Shown: positions 8,746 through 19,339 of the stretch, piece after piece
Position numbering within the stretch: the first letter of the stretch is position 1
Layout: each line of letters begins with the position of its first letter
From: an uncultured Holophagales bacterium
GTDB taxonomy: Bacteria; Acidobacteriota; Thermoanaerobaculia; Multivoradales; UBA5704
Assembly: GCA_963842525.1 (NCBI GenBank)
Contig: CAWJGT010000003.1
Span: 1,088,001 to 1,152,000, forward strand
Direction of reading: 5' to 3'
Length of the DNA: 64,000 nucleotides
Program-made: the position numbers and the translations under genes
The notes under the pieces: model-generated
What the model saw: only the letters and a program-made list of their open reading frames with translations
Database searches by the model: none
What the model was told of the DNA's origin: nothing

Positions 8746-11736
8746 ATGGGGAGGCGGTCTCTGCGGGGGCTCGGGATTTTTGCCCTCCTGTCCTGGTTGG
8801 CTGGCATTGGAGCGATCCGGGCGGATGTGGTCCAGCCCCTGCCGTACGACCTTCTGTATGTACGGTCTCCCTATTTCGGCGCGGGGCCGGAGGCGCCCAA
8901 CAGCGTGTGGCCGGACACGGTCCGGCCTCTCACTCCTGATCCTGGCGCGCAGCTCGTTCTCCTCAAGCGGGACGGCACGCGGGAGGTTCTCTTTCCGTTC
9001 CAGCGCTACCGGTCCCGGATCGACACGCCGGCGGGGAAGCCGCTCTCGGCGGGCTCCGTCGCCGATCCCAATGTCTCCTTCGACGGCCGGTGGGTGCTCT
9101 TCACCTGGTATCACGACCTCACGAACGTCAATCCGCAGCGGGGGGACTGGCCCGGGCCGTACCTCTCGCTTGCGGGGGCCGACCTCTACAAGCTCGACCT
9201 GACGACTCGCGAGGTGGTCCGCCTCACGACCCAGGCGCTGACGCCGAACACCGGCAACGGCGCGCGCTTCACCCCGGGAGCGGCGGGGAGCAACTACCCG
9301 CGGATCGGGGTGTTCAACACCGGCGGCACCTGGGCGCCGGGCGGGCGGATCGTCTTCACGTCGAACCGCAACAATTTCTTGCCTCCCAAGGCCATGGGCG
9401 GCGGCCAGCGGGTGCTGCAGCTCTTTGCCATGGATGCCGACGGCGCGAATGTCGAGCAGATCGGCCATCTCAACCTGGCCATGGCGCTCCATCCCCAGGT
9501 GCTGCTCGACGGCCGCATCGCCTTCTCCAGTTGGGAGGAGCACGGCCTGCGCGATCCGCGCGAGTTCCCGCTCTGGGTGATCGGCCCGGACGGCCGCGAC
9601 TGGATGGGCCTCTCCGGATTTTCCGAGTCCTCGCTCGTCCATCACTTCATGACCCAGATGCCGGGCGGCGATCTCGTGGTGACCCGCTACTACAACTTCA
9701 ATAACAACGGCTTCGGCGACCTGGTCCGCTATCCGCTCGATCCGGCCGGACCGGACTTCGACAGCCCGGACGCCACGTTCAGCGACGGCACGGGCGGCAA
9801 GGTCCCGTTCCACCGCATCGGGCAGCTCCTCCTCACGCCGTTCACCACGCCCGACGACTTCCCGGCCCCCTGCCCGGGCTGGGAAGAGAACGCCTATGGC
9901 GCGTCCGGCACCGAGGGGCCCGCTCCCTGTGCCGGCACGGACCGGCGGGGGAAATTCACTCATCCGGCGGCGGCGCCGAGCGCTGTGGGGGACCCGGCGA
10001 AGGCCGACCTCCTGGCGGTCTATGCGCCCGGTCCGGCGAACCACAACGGCGCCTACGTCAATCTCGGGACGGCTTTCCCCCGGGTCCACGGCGAGATCGT
10101 CCTGCTGCCGGACGGCGCGCCGGTCCCGGTGCCGCCCGCGAGTCAGCCGGGCCGGCCGCCGGAGCTGGTTACGGTCCTCGCCGAGGACGGCTGGAACCTC
10201 CAGTGGCCGCGGCCGGTGGTGAGCTGGCGCCAGCTCTATGGAGTGAACGCCCCGGCGGCCTGGCCCGAGCTGTCCGACGCCCGCATCTGGGAGGAGCGGC
10301 TCACTCCGGGCGAGCCGTTCGGCCTGATCGGCAGCTCGTCGCTCCTGTGGCGCGACACGGCGCCGTCGCTGGGTCGCTATTGGGAGGACCGCGACCCCTT
10401 CAACACGGGCGACGAGGCGCCCTTCCGCTGGGTCCGGCAGGGAGGCGATGCCGGGGTCTATGACGATGACGACGTCTGGGCTGTGCGCATCCTGATGCAG
10501 GTGCCGGCCACCGACCGGAGCTATCCGAACAACGGCCGCAAGTTCCGGGTGACCGGCGGCGAGCGGATGCGGATCCTCGGCGAGGTCCCGGTGCGCAAGC
10601 CGGGGGCGGCGCGCCTCCTGCGGCCCGACGGCTCCTGGGAGGACGACACCAGCTTCCTCGCCCGCGTGCCCGCCGATACGTCGTTCACCTTCCAGACGCT
10701 CGACCGCCGCGGCATGGTGCTCAACATGGCCCAGACCTGGCACCAGGTCCGTCCCGGCGAGGCGCGCTACAACTGCGGCGGCTGCCATGCCCACAGCAAG
10801 GAGCCGCTCGGCTTCGAGGACACCGCGGCGGCGCGGCCGGACTACGTCATCCCCGACCTCGCCCGGAAGACGCCGCTCCTCACCCTGTCCGCAGCCGGCC
10901 AGCCGGGGGTGCGCACCGTCGCCTCCCACCAGGTCTCGATCGAATGGTTCCGCGACGTCGAGCCGATCCTCGAGAAGCGTTGCGCCTCCTGCCACGGCGG
11001 AGCGAGCCCGGCCGCCGGCCTGCCGCTCGCCCGCTCGGCCCCGCGGGTGGACCGGGACGGCGTCTCCTGGCCCGGCGCCTACTTCCGGCTGGTGCTCGAC
11101 ACCTTCGCCGAGCTTTCGACGGCGCCGCCGAACGGCCAGGAGCAGTGGTATCTGCCGCAGCTCACCCGCTATCTACGCGCCTTTCAGGCGCGGCAGAGCC
11201 TGTTGATGTGGAAGGTCTGGGGGGAGCGCCTCGACGGCCGGACCAATGAGGAGCGCGGCGACGACCTCGACCTCCTGCCGTCGTCCGCCCATCCCGCCGG
11301 AGCCGGCGTGCCGGGGATGACGCCCGAGGAGAAGCTGACCCTCGCCCGCTGGATCGACCTCGGCGCACCCATACACCTCGGTGCACCCTGGGGGTTCCTG
11401 GAGGACGACCTGCGGCCCACCCTGGTGCTGCGCCCCTTGGTCGCGCAGGCGCGGACGGCCGGCATCGACGCGCTGGAAATCGCGGCCTACGACGCCGAGA
11501 GCGGAGTCCTGCCCAAGAGCCTGACTGTCACCTGCAACCTCCGCCTGGGCTCCTTCGCGCCCGGCGCCAACCTGGCCGCGAACCGCGCGCTCGACCCCGA
11601 GGGCCAGGTCCTCCGCCTGGTCCTGCCGCGGCGGGTGAAACCCAAGGAACGGGCGGTCTTTATAGTGACGGTCCGAGATGCCGCCGGGCAGACGACGCGG
11701 ATCGTGCGGACGTTCGGGAAGCCCCCACCCCCCTGA
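8746..11736 (+). CDS. Secreted HzsA-related protein: TolB-like propeller, hydrazine-synthase-alpha middle domain, 2 CxxCH
   Basis: Signal peptide; PNVSFDGRWVLF and GGRIVFTSNRN blades; FQTLDRRGMV...QVRPGE..CGGCH; CASCH; AGGAG RBS. Confidence 0.8.
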   Translation: MGRRSLRGLGIFALLSWLAGIGAIRADVVQPLPYDLLYVRSPYFGAGPEAPNSVWPDTVRPLTPDPGAQLVLLKRDGTREVLFPFQRYRSRIDTPAGKPLSAGSVADPNVSFDGRWVLFTWYHDLTNVNPQRGDWPGPYLSLAGADLYKLDLTTREVVRLTTQALTPNTGNGARFTPGAAGSNYPRIGVFNTGGTWAPGGRIVFTSNRNNFLPPKAMGGGQRVLQLFAMDADGANVEQIGHLNLAMALHPQVLLDGRIAFSSWEEHGLRDPREFPLWVIGPDGRDWMGLSGFSESSLVHHFMTQMPGGDLVVTRYYNFNNNGFGDLVRYPLDPAGPDFDSPDATFSDGTGGKVPFHRIGQLLLTPFTTPDDFPAPCPGWEENAYGASGTEGPAPCAGTDRRGKFTHPAAAPSAVGDPAKADLLAVYAPGPANHNGAYVNLGTAFPRVHGEIVLLPDGAPVPVPPASQPGRPPELVTVLAEDGWNLQWPRPVVSWRQLYGVNAPAAWPELSDARIWEERLTPGEPFGLIGSSSLLWRDTAPSLGRYWEDRDPFNTGDEAPFRWVRQGGDAGVYDDDDVWAVRILMQVPATDRSYPNNGRKFRVTGGERMRILGEVPVRKPGAARLLRPDGSWEDDTSFLARVPADTSFTFQTLDRRGMVLNMAQTWHQVRPGEARYNCGGCHAHSKEPLGFEDTAAARPDYVIPDLARKTPLLTLSAAGQPGVRTVASHQVSIEWFRDVEPILEKRCASCHGGASPAAGLPLARSAPRVDRDGVSWPGAYFRLVLDTFAELSTAPPNGQEQWYLPQLTRYLRAFQARQSLLMWKVWGERLDGRTNEERGDDLDLLPSSAHPAGAGVPGMTPEEKLTLARWIDLGAPIHLGAPWGFLEDDLRPTLVLRPLVAQARTAGIDALEIAAYDAESGVLPKSLTVTCNLRLGSFAPGANLAANRALDPEGQVLRLVLPRRVKPKERAVFIVTVRDAAGQTTRIVRTFGKPPPP

Positions 11737-11744
11737 CCCCCTTC

Positions 11745-11980
11745 TTTTTGCCGCCGGCTGCGAGGCCTTCATCCCCCGCGACCAGCCGCGGGTACAGGAG
11801 GCGCCTGAGAGGCGCCTGCGGACACCCATCCGTCCGTTCCGTCATTTCGTCCGCGAGACGGTCGAAGGCTTCCGCTGGGTCTGGGAACGGACCGGGATGC
11901 GCGACTTCATGATCCTGGCGTCGCTGGTCAGCTTCCTGGGGATGCCGGTCGTCGTCCTCTTCCCGTTTGATGTCTCCTGA
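11745..11980 (+). pseudogene. MFS transporter fragment (central loop and TM7)
   Basis: ETVEGFRWVWERTGMRDFMILASLVSFLGMPVVVLFPF. Confidence 0.6.
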
Positions 11981-12039
11981 GCCTAACCTAAACAAACGCC
12001 CTAAGCTCCGTGTCTCCCTCTCTAGGAGCGTGTGAGACC

Positions 12040-13407
12040 ATGGCAGAGGTTTCCTACGAGGACTTTTCCCTCTGGATCGAGCCGCGGCTGGAAGGCCAAG
12101 GCTATTGCGTGACGGCACGCTGTCGGGCTGGCGAAGGCTCGGCCTGTTTTGAGCTTCCCGCTGAGATGGGCTGCCTGTCAGGTGCACTGGCGGATCTTGC
12201 GGCACGGAGGAAGGCAAAGGGAGTGGGTTCCCTCTCCACGACGCGGCATCTTGAGGTCATCGATTCCCTGCCGCACCGCCCTCCTCTCAAAGCCCGGGAG
12301 GTGGGCGATCTCCTGTTTCGGGCGCTCTTCTCGGGGCAGGTTCGCCAGCTCTACGATCGGGTTTCCGGGATGTCCGGCGGACCGCGATGCGGCGTGCGAA
12401 TCAAGCTGTACTTTGATCCACGCCGCGCTGCCGAGCTCTGTAATCTTCCGTGGGAGCTCATCTACGCGGTGGATACCAAGGACTATCTCGGCCTCGATCG
12501 CCTCAGTCCTGTGGTGCGCTATCTGGAGCTGGCACGGCCCAATGCGGCGGTCCCCTTTGCTCCTCCTCTACGTGTCCTGCTCGCCGCTGCGAATCCGCCA
12601 GGGAGCGATCCCCTAAACCTCGAAGCGGAGGCCCGCCTGATCCGGCAGTCGCTGGCCAGCCCTTCGACCGAGATCACAGTGCTCCCTCGGGTCCACCTGG
12701 AAGAGTTGCGGGAAATGCTCGTCCGCGGCGCATTCCACGTCCTTCATTTCATGGGGCATGGCCTCTTCGATGAGCAGACGGGTGTTGGAAGCCTGCTCCT
12801 GGCATCAGCGGAGGGAGATGACGAGACTGTCGTCTCTGGCGAAGTTGTCGCCGAGCACCTGAAAGGTTGTCTGCCGCAGCTCGTGGTGGTCAACGCCTGC
12901 GACTCCGGCCGGGCGGCCTCCGACGGTGGGCACGACTTCTTCGCAGGGGTTGCTTCTTCCCTGGTGATGGCAGGCGTACCCGCGGTGGTGGCCATGCGCA
13001 CTCCGATTACGGACCGGGCCGCCATCGCTTTCAGCAAAGCACTCTACCGCGACCTTGCCGCCGGGGCTCCGGTCGACGCTGCCGTCGCCGAGGGGCGTCT
13101 CGCGATCTACCGCCTCGATTCATTCTCCTTCGAATGGGTTACCCCGGTGCTTTTCCTGCGGGTTCCCGACGGACGCCTCTTCGCAGCCTCCAAGGCGCGG
13201 GACGAAGCGCTACCCTCTCCGGGGCGCCGCTTCGAGATCGAGGACGAGCTCCGCATCGGGGCGGACAGCGACCTGCGTGGCAAAAATGTGGACATCGGGA
13301 TCCAACGCGGCCCCAGCCCGTCGGAACCTTCGCGGAGCTCCATCCAGATCGATGGACGCGTCACGGCCGACGGCAACCTGACCATCGTGAACCGCAAGTC
13401 CGGTTGA
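12040..13407 (+). CDS. CHAT-domain (caspase-clan) protease with a beta-repeat C-terminal tail
   Basis: LPWELI, HVLHFMGHG (His), VVVNACDSG (Cys), EWVTPVLF. Confidence 0.9.
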   Translation: MAEVSYEDFSLWIEPRLEGQGYCVTARCRAGEGSACFELPAEMGCLSGALADLAARRKAKGVGSLSTTRHLEVIDSLPHRPPLKAREVGDLLFRALFSGQVRQLYDRVSGMSGGPRCGVRIKLYFDPRRAAELCNLPWELIYAVDTKDYLGLDRLSPVVRYLELARPNAAVPFAPPLRVLLAAANPPGSDPLNLEAEARLIRQSLASPSTEITVLPRVHLEELREMLVRGAFHVLHFMGHGLFDEQTGVGSLLLASAEGDDETVVSGEVVAEHLKGCLPQLVVVNACDSGRAASDGGHDFFAGVASSLVMAGVPAVVAMRTPITDRAAIAFSKALYRDLAAGAPVDAAVAEGRLAIYRLDSFSFEWVTPVLFLRVPDGRLFAASKARDEALPSPGRRFEIEDELRIGADSDLRGKNVDIGIQRGPSPSEPSRSSIQIDGRVTADGNLTIVNRKSG

Positions 13408-13437
13408 GCCTGAAAGCCCGGGAAGGAAGAGCTGCGG

Positions 13438-14619
13438 ATGGCCAATCTGACGGAACAAGAAAAACTCGTCCGCCGTCTCCCCGAGCCGGCCCCGCACCCC
13501 GACCACTACCTCCTGGTCTTCAAGAAGTCAGGAAAAGAGTGGCGGCTGCGGATTTCTCTCGGCCCGGGAGAGCCGTACAAGAAACCGTTCCTCGACTCTC
13601 CCGAATGCCTCGTTGCCTACGTCGTCCCCAGCGATCCACATCTGCGATATCGTTTCGATCGCACCTACAAGACCCACGACCAGCTCCATACCTTCAAGCT
13701 CCAACTCATCCTGGAGTACCGCGTCTCCGATCCCGCCAGCCTCGTCCAGAAGCTTGAGCTGGATCCGTTGCAGCGTGTTGTCGAAGAGACCGACTCGTTC
13801 CTCCAGCAGAGAATCAAGTCCCTCGACTGGTCGGCCGTCGAGCTCGAGCGGATCGATCTCGAGCGGGTCCTTTTTCTCGACCATGTTGCGGATGGATACG
13901 GGACAGTCTCGGGTTTCGCGAAGCTCCATCGTTTCGCCGACCAGCGCGGACTGGGTATCCAGCGCATCGCTGTCATGCGCGAGCTTCCGGAGGATGAGAT
14001 CCAGGTCTCCGCCACCGCGCTGAGGAGCACTCGCGAGCAGCAAACCGCGGTGCTGGAGCACGGGACGCGGGCTCTCCAGCAGAGCCTCGACCTTGAGATC
14101 GAGGACCGGAAGAACGCTTTCGATCGCCGCAACGAGGTCGCTGGCGGAATCACGCAGAACATCGTCCGCGCCTTCGATCAGGCGACGGACAACATCCGCA
14201 GCCTCGATGACATCCAGCGAGCCGTGCCCAAGATGGCTGCCATCCAGGGTGCTATCACGGGTGTGGCCGCGGGTGCTCTCCCCGTCATCACGGCGGCCGG
14301 GGTCTTGCCCGGCATGCAGGCCGTCCCTCTCCTTTCCTCCTCTTCGGGAGGTCCTCTGACGGTGTTTCTTGAGGAGGTGGCGGGCGCTCTGGGAAGCCTG
14401 GCGTGCGATCCCCTGGAGCGCCAGGAGATCCTCTCGTTCGGCCTCCACATCATTGCGGAGGCCCTGCGGGGGAAGGACGCCAGAGCGGATGTTTTGAATA
14501 CCTATGTCGATGCCGTCGCCGGGAAGTTCTCCCATCTGCTCCCGGTGCTCAACCAGGACCAGGTGAAGCTCCTCCGCCGATTGCAGGATACAGAGACCTT
14601 GAAGAAGGAACTGGGCTGA
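13438..14619 (+). CDS. SPFH/band-7-like protein with coiled coil and helical C-terminus
   Basis: FKLQLILEYRVSDPASLV...GLGIQRIAV followed by a heptad-rich stalk. Confidence 0.55.
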   Translation: MANLTEQEKLVRRLPEPAPHPDHYLLVFKKSGKEWRLRISLGPGEPYKKPFLDSPECLVAYVVPSDPHLRYRFDRTYKTHDQLHTFKLQLILEYRVSDPASLVQKLELDPLQRVVEETDSFLQQRIKSLDWSAVELERIDLERVLFLDHVADGYGTVSGFAKLHRFADQRGLGIQRIAVMRELPEDEIQVSATALRSTREQQTAVLEHGTRALQQSLDLEIEDRKNAFDRRNEVAGGITQNIVRAFDQATDNIRSLDDIQRAVPKMAAIQGAITGVAAGALPVITAAGVLPGMQAVPLLSSSSGGPLTVFLEEVAGALGSLACDPLERQEILSFGLHIIAEALRGKDARADVLNTYVDAVAGKFSHLLPVLNQDQVKLLRRLQDTETLKKELG

Positions 14620-14626
14620 GGAGGCC

Positions 14627-17116
14627 ATGAAAACCGCAGAGAATCCGGCTCCCCCAGGGAACGGAGCCCCCGGGGTGACCCCGGTGCCCGGATCCGAGAG
14701 CACGCCTGTAGTGCCCAACCCTGCGCCCTCCACCACGTCGGGAAGCTCAAGACGAGCCTAAGAAGTCGGAGGACCAGGAGTTCCTCCAGAACCTTGGCAT
14801 CAGTGGCGCCGTCCGTGGCGAGAAGGTCACCATCGCCAACGAGGTCCACTATCATCAGCTCTCCGATGAGGGGCGGATTCAGAAACTCTCCCTGAAGCGG
14901 CACTTCGAGATCTGGAGCGAGGAGCGGCTCCGTGATGAGAAAGTCAGGCTCCATTTCAATCCCGACGAGGTGAACACGCTGGCTTTCAAGCTACTCGAAA
15001 GCCGAATCCTGATCCTTACCGGGGAGCCCGAGACTGGCAAAACGAGCTTGGCCCTCCTCATCGCCTCTGGCCTGTGGTCGGGATCACCAGGAGAGCCTCC
15101 CCGGGATGCCGCCCTCTGCCGTTATCTGCCCGGAACCTTGCGCGTCGATCTCGCCGAGCTTGCCGGCCGGGAGAAGGAGTTCCACCAGCGCATCTTGATC
15201 CTCAAGAATGCATTCGCGAGCAACAACGAAGACCTTCTGCGTTTCGTGACTCAACTCTCGGACTCCGAGCTCGCGACCCACGTCGGGCAACTGCGCGAGA
15301 GCCGATCTTTCCTTCTACTCACGGCCGATCAGTCCACTCTGCCGGGATCGCTGGAGAGACTCAGGAGCCTCGGGATTCTGGCGGATGCGCCGAAGCCGGC
15401 TCCCGAGGATCTGTCCGAGGGGCTCCGATGGCTCGTCCAGCGTTTGACCAGCGAGCAGAAGCTCCCCGCGGCCGATCCGGTCACGGAAAAGATGGATTGC
15501 CTGATCGCCGAGGAAGGAAAGCGCTTGACGCAAGCGCTCGGCTCGATGCCTCGCTTGGCGCGCTTCGTTCGGGAGTACCTCGTGGCGGTTGCCTCCGGAG
15601 CAATCTCTTTGGAGGACGCGCTGAAGCACACCACCGAGCTCGGCCCCTGGCTGCTTGAGGAACTCCCCAGCGAGCCCGAGGTCTGGTGCGCCACAGTGGC
15701 ACTCGCGCTCTGCGCGGCGGATCGGAGTTCGCGGGATATCCCCTGGTTCAAGTTCGATGTCCTGCAGCGCGCTCTTTTCCGTTTCCTCCGCCGCGAGCTG
15801 CAGCCGGATCTGCGTAGGCGCGAGATCCGCGACCTGTGCCGGAGTGAGCTGGTCCTGAAGCGTGCGCGAGCGGAGATTGTCACAATTCCCTTCCCCGACC
15901 CCGATGTGGTCCGCTTTCTTGACGACCGCTATCCGGACCGGCTGTGGCAGGCTCTCCTCGGTCCGGGCAAGGGTGTGGCGGCCGGCTTGGTCCCACTCCT
16001 CCGCAAGCTCGCGGCGGACGAAGATGCCTATCTGCGTCAGTGCGCGGCCCAGGCCCTGGGGAGGATCGGTCAGATCGACCCGTTCTACATCACCTATCCC
16101 TTGATTGAGGAATGGTCGCGGGAGACCGAGGAGAGCCGACGCAACGCCCTGGACCAGGGCACTCTTCTTGGAAACCTCTTCCAGGGGATCTGGAGCGCTC
16201 AGGAGGATATCCGCTACCAGCAGGGATGTTTCCAGATCCTTCGTTGGAGCGCGCGCAACGGAAGACCCAGGACCATCCAGAACGTCCTCTTCAGCCTGCA
16301 TCAGATCGCCACGCTCGACCGCGGTTGCTTCGCGCTCGCGATGGACATCTTGAAGGAGGTCGCCGAGAAGAGGCTGACGGTGCGGTGGAAGGCTCTACAT
16401 GGCGTCACGGAAAAATTCCGTACGAGGGAAGAGCTCGCTCGCCTGGTCGAGTATGTATTCGAGGCTCGCGGCGGGGTCGAGGACGTCTTGAAGAAGGCGG
16501 AGCAGGCCCTGCAGACGATCGCGATCACCGAGCCCGGGATCCTCGAGGCCCTCCGCTTCACCCTCGTGAGGCTGCTCCTCTGGCCGCGGTATCAGGGCGA
16601 GACCCTGCGACAGATCCTCGACTGGGTCCATACGAAGCCTGAGCATTTCGGACCGTTGGTGGCTTTCCTCTTCCTCGGCAGGGACGGGATCGGTTACTGG
16701 CTGGAACGGACGGCCTCACTCGGCCGGGGTCTGGAGAACGGTAGCGAGGAAGAGGGCAGCCTGCTGCTGGAGGCGATGTGCAGCGACAAGGATTTCGCAC
16801 AGATCCTCGGCGCTGTCGTGGAGGCGATCTATATCCACCACAGGTCTTTCCCTGGGCTGCTTCGTGAGGCCCTTGAACGGAGCTTCATGAGCCTACTCGC
16901 CAGTTGGGCGCGAGAGGCGCGATCGATCGAGCGGTTGCATGCCGCTGTGACGGCTCTCGTATCCCGCCTCTATGCATCGCACGACGAAGAAGCTGCAGTG
17001 CGCGGATGCTCCGCTTGGCCCAGGAGCCTGCACCCTCTCCGGAGCTCGCGGACCTGCGCGTCCTCGCCGTCGAAGCCATCACCGGCCGCCGCAGCTCGCG
17101 CGGGATGATGGTCTGA
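14627..17116 (+). CDS. STAND-like P-loop NTPase with HEAT/ARM-like repeats (frameshifts at ~14712-14758 and ~16995)
   Basis: GAGGAGG-ATG at 14627; Walker A ILTGEPETGKT; degenerate Walker B (ILILKNAF); LRQCAAQALGRIG; frame of the 14970 ORF is open from 14712. Confidence 0.7.
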
Positions 17117-17187
17117 TCAGGGCGGGCCGCCGGTTCCACCCGGCGACCCGCGGATCTGTGTCAGGGAATCGAAAGGGGGGCTTCCTG

Positions 17188-17965
17188 CTACCGGTGCTCC
17201 AGGGCGATCTCCAGGACGATGGGACGGCCTGACGTGTTGACCCCGTAGGTCCCAACCTCTCCCACCGTCCTCGTCTCCGTCTCGATGACGAGATCCTTAC
17301 TGCCCTGAACGTGCTGGACATTCTGTACGAGGCTTTTCGTCTCCCCTTCATTGAGGCTCGGCCGCAGAGGGAAGCGGTCGAGCTCCTCGCGATTGCGGGC
17401 AAACAGGACGATCAGACGCTCTGTCCCAGGCTTGTCGTCGAAGCGGAACCAGGCTGAGTCCTGTGGCAGGACCTTGTCCTGATCGGCCGCCAGCCGTCCG
17501 TCCGTTAGCCCCTTCTCGGGGTCCGGAAAGAGAACCTGGGCGGTACCTGAGGAGCCCAACTGAATGAGTGCGATGTTGCCGTCCGAGTTGCTACGGAAGT
17601 GGAGCCGGATTCTCTCTCCGGAGTGGAACACGTGGCGCTCCGTCACCTGCTGGCCGGGCCCGCCAGAAGGTCCTTGCAACTCGATCCAGTAACTGAGCCC
17701 CAAGGCTGTCTGGGTGGCCCGGGTTTCTGGGGTCGGAGGCAGGCTCACGGTGCGACGGCCGTTCCTGTCGCGCCTGCCAAGGGGCCGGACCGGCTGAGGC
17801 CGAGCCGACGGCGGCGGCGCCTGGGTACCAGGCGAGACGCGCGTCGCCCCTGCCCCCACGGGATCATAGAACAATTCCTTGGCTCCCTGGACAGGCTCTT
17901 GGGCTGCGAGAGCTGCCCATCCAGGCTAGCCCGAGAAAAATGGCGCTGATCATCATGCGAATCAT
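17188..17965 (-). CDS. Secreted DUF4384-domain protein (frameshift ~17917)
   Basis: FHSGERIRLHFRSNSDG...QVLFP...WFRFDDKPGTERLIVLF; signal peptide MIRMMISAIFLGLAW in the adjacent frame with GAGGAGG RBS. Confidence 0.75.
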
Positions 17966-17982
17966 CGTTATTTCCTCCTCGC

Positions 17983-19324
17983 TCACCGGCGCGAGCCGGA
18001 TTTTTTCGGGGTTGTCGATTTCTTGGCTGTTGAGGTCTTCTTTCCACTCGCGATCTCCTGGATCCGCTGGATGATCTTTTTGTCGACCTTCGCTGCGGCC
18101 AACTCGATCAGCCCCTGAGGCGAGACGTTCGAACTGGTGACGGGGCGCCGCAGAGATCGCGTTCAGGATGATGTCGAAATCAAGGCCGGCCTGGCTCATG
18201 CTGATCACGGCGGCGTTGTCCATGGCTTCACCGCCCCCGCCGCCGGACTCCAGGGACTTGGCGTCTTCGACTGCCTTGGAGGCGAGGAGGGTCTCGTAGT
18301 TGTCCCGGAAGTCCTTGAGGCGTCGGTAGCTGACGAGGGCAGACTGCACCCGCTGGAGAGGAGGTGGGATTTGCCGGTCGGTTTTGAAGAGGTTGCCCAC
18401 AATGCTCTCGTATTCCTGGGAGAAATACTTCTCCCCCGGGTTTGCCTCAATGGCCTTGCCGTAATAGACGGAGGCCTGTTCCAGGTACTTGAGCGTCACT
18501 TCTGCCTCGTCGGCGGCGTAGCCGAGCGCTTCGTAAGCCGTTCCCAAGGCGTACTGCCGGTAGGAATCGTCGACCGGTTTCGGGCTTGGCGACCGCTTTT
18601 CCAGGGCTTCCAGATAGAGGTTCCACTGCCCGACCTCCGCAAGGTTTCCCAGCTCTTCCAGGCTCCCCTTGGGGACGAGCACGTGGATTGTCTCCCGGGT
18701 GGGCGTAATACGCTGTGCGATGCGGTCTACGGCTTGATTGATCGCGGAGCTTTCAAGGCTGAAGATCTCGGGAGCGTCGTTTCCTTCCCGGAAGTCCTTG
18801 CTGAAGGGGATCTGGATAGAATCCGCATCGAGGCTCGCCTTCTTCACCAAGTCGGTCACCTTGTAGGATGTGGCGAAGGAGTGCGACACGATCTTGTAGC
18901 GAACGTTCACCCGGTACGTCTCGTAAATGGGCTTCCCCTTCGAATCTTTGCCTACCTTGCGGCTTGCGAGCTCTTCACGGGTTTCCCATTTCTCACTTGC
19001 CTCGTTTTGGAGGATGCTCACCTCCACGAGCGTCTCGGGGCGGTTCGGCTCGGCGGCCAGGCGGCTGTCGCGGCTGATCAACTCGCTTTCGAGTTGGCTC
19101 TGCAGGCGCTGGGCCACGCTACTGTCGCCCGATTTTGCGCTGGTCGCCTTCACCTGGATCTTGGTCCGCATGAGGAAGACCGCCGGCGGGCTCACGCGTG
19201 TCACGGCGGCGGCCTTCTTGGTCATGAGCCCGAATCCTTCTTTTGCTCCCACGGGCAGCGCCGTGAAGAGCGCGGCTAGCATCAGGAAGGCACAGCGGGC
19301 CGGCCATGTTCGTTTCTGTTTCAT
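17983..19324 (-). CDS. Secreted TPR-like protein with small C-terminal helical domain (frameshift ~18129)
   Basis: Signal peptide; YALGTAYEALG...YYGKAIEANP; shifted tail QFDVSPQGLIELAAAKVDKKIIQRIQE...RR*. Confidence 0.7.
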
Positions 19325-19339
19325 GATGTTCTCCTCTTT

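Noticed and set aside
8389-10995. 868-aa minus-strand ORF, and similar long antisense ORFs at 23698-25545, 41782-43629, 47613-49355 and 55592-57133
   Set aside because: Shadow frames of well-supported genes in high-GC DNA; no recognisable motifs
8746-11736. Evidence of anammox metabolism
   Set aside because: No hzsB/hzsC/hao in the window, and HzsA-like domains occur outside anammox bacteria
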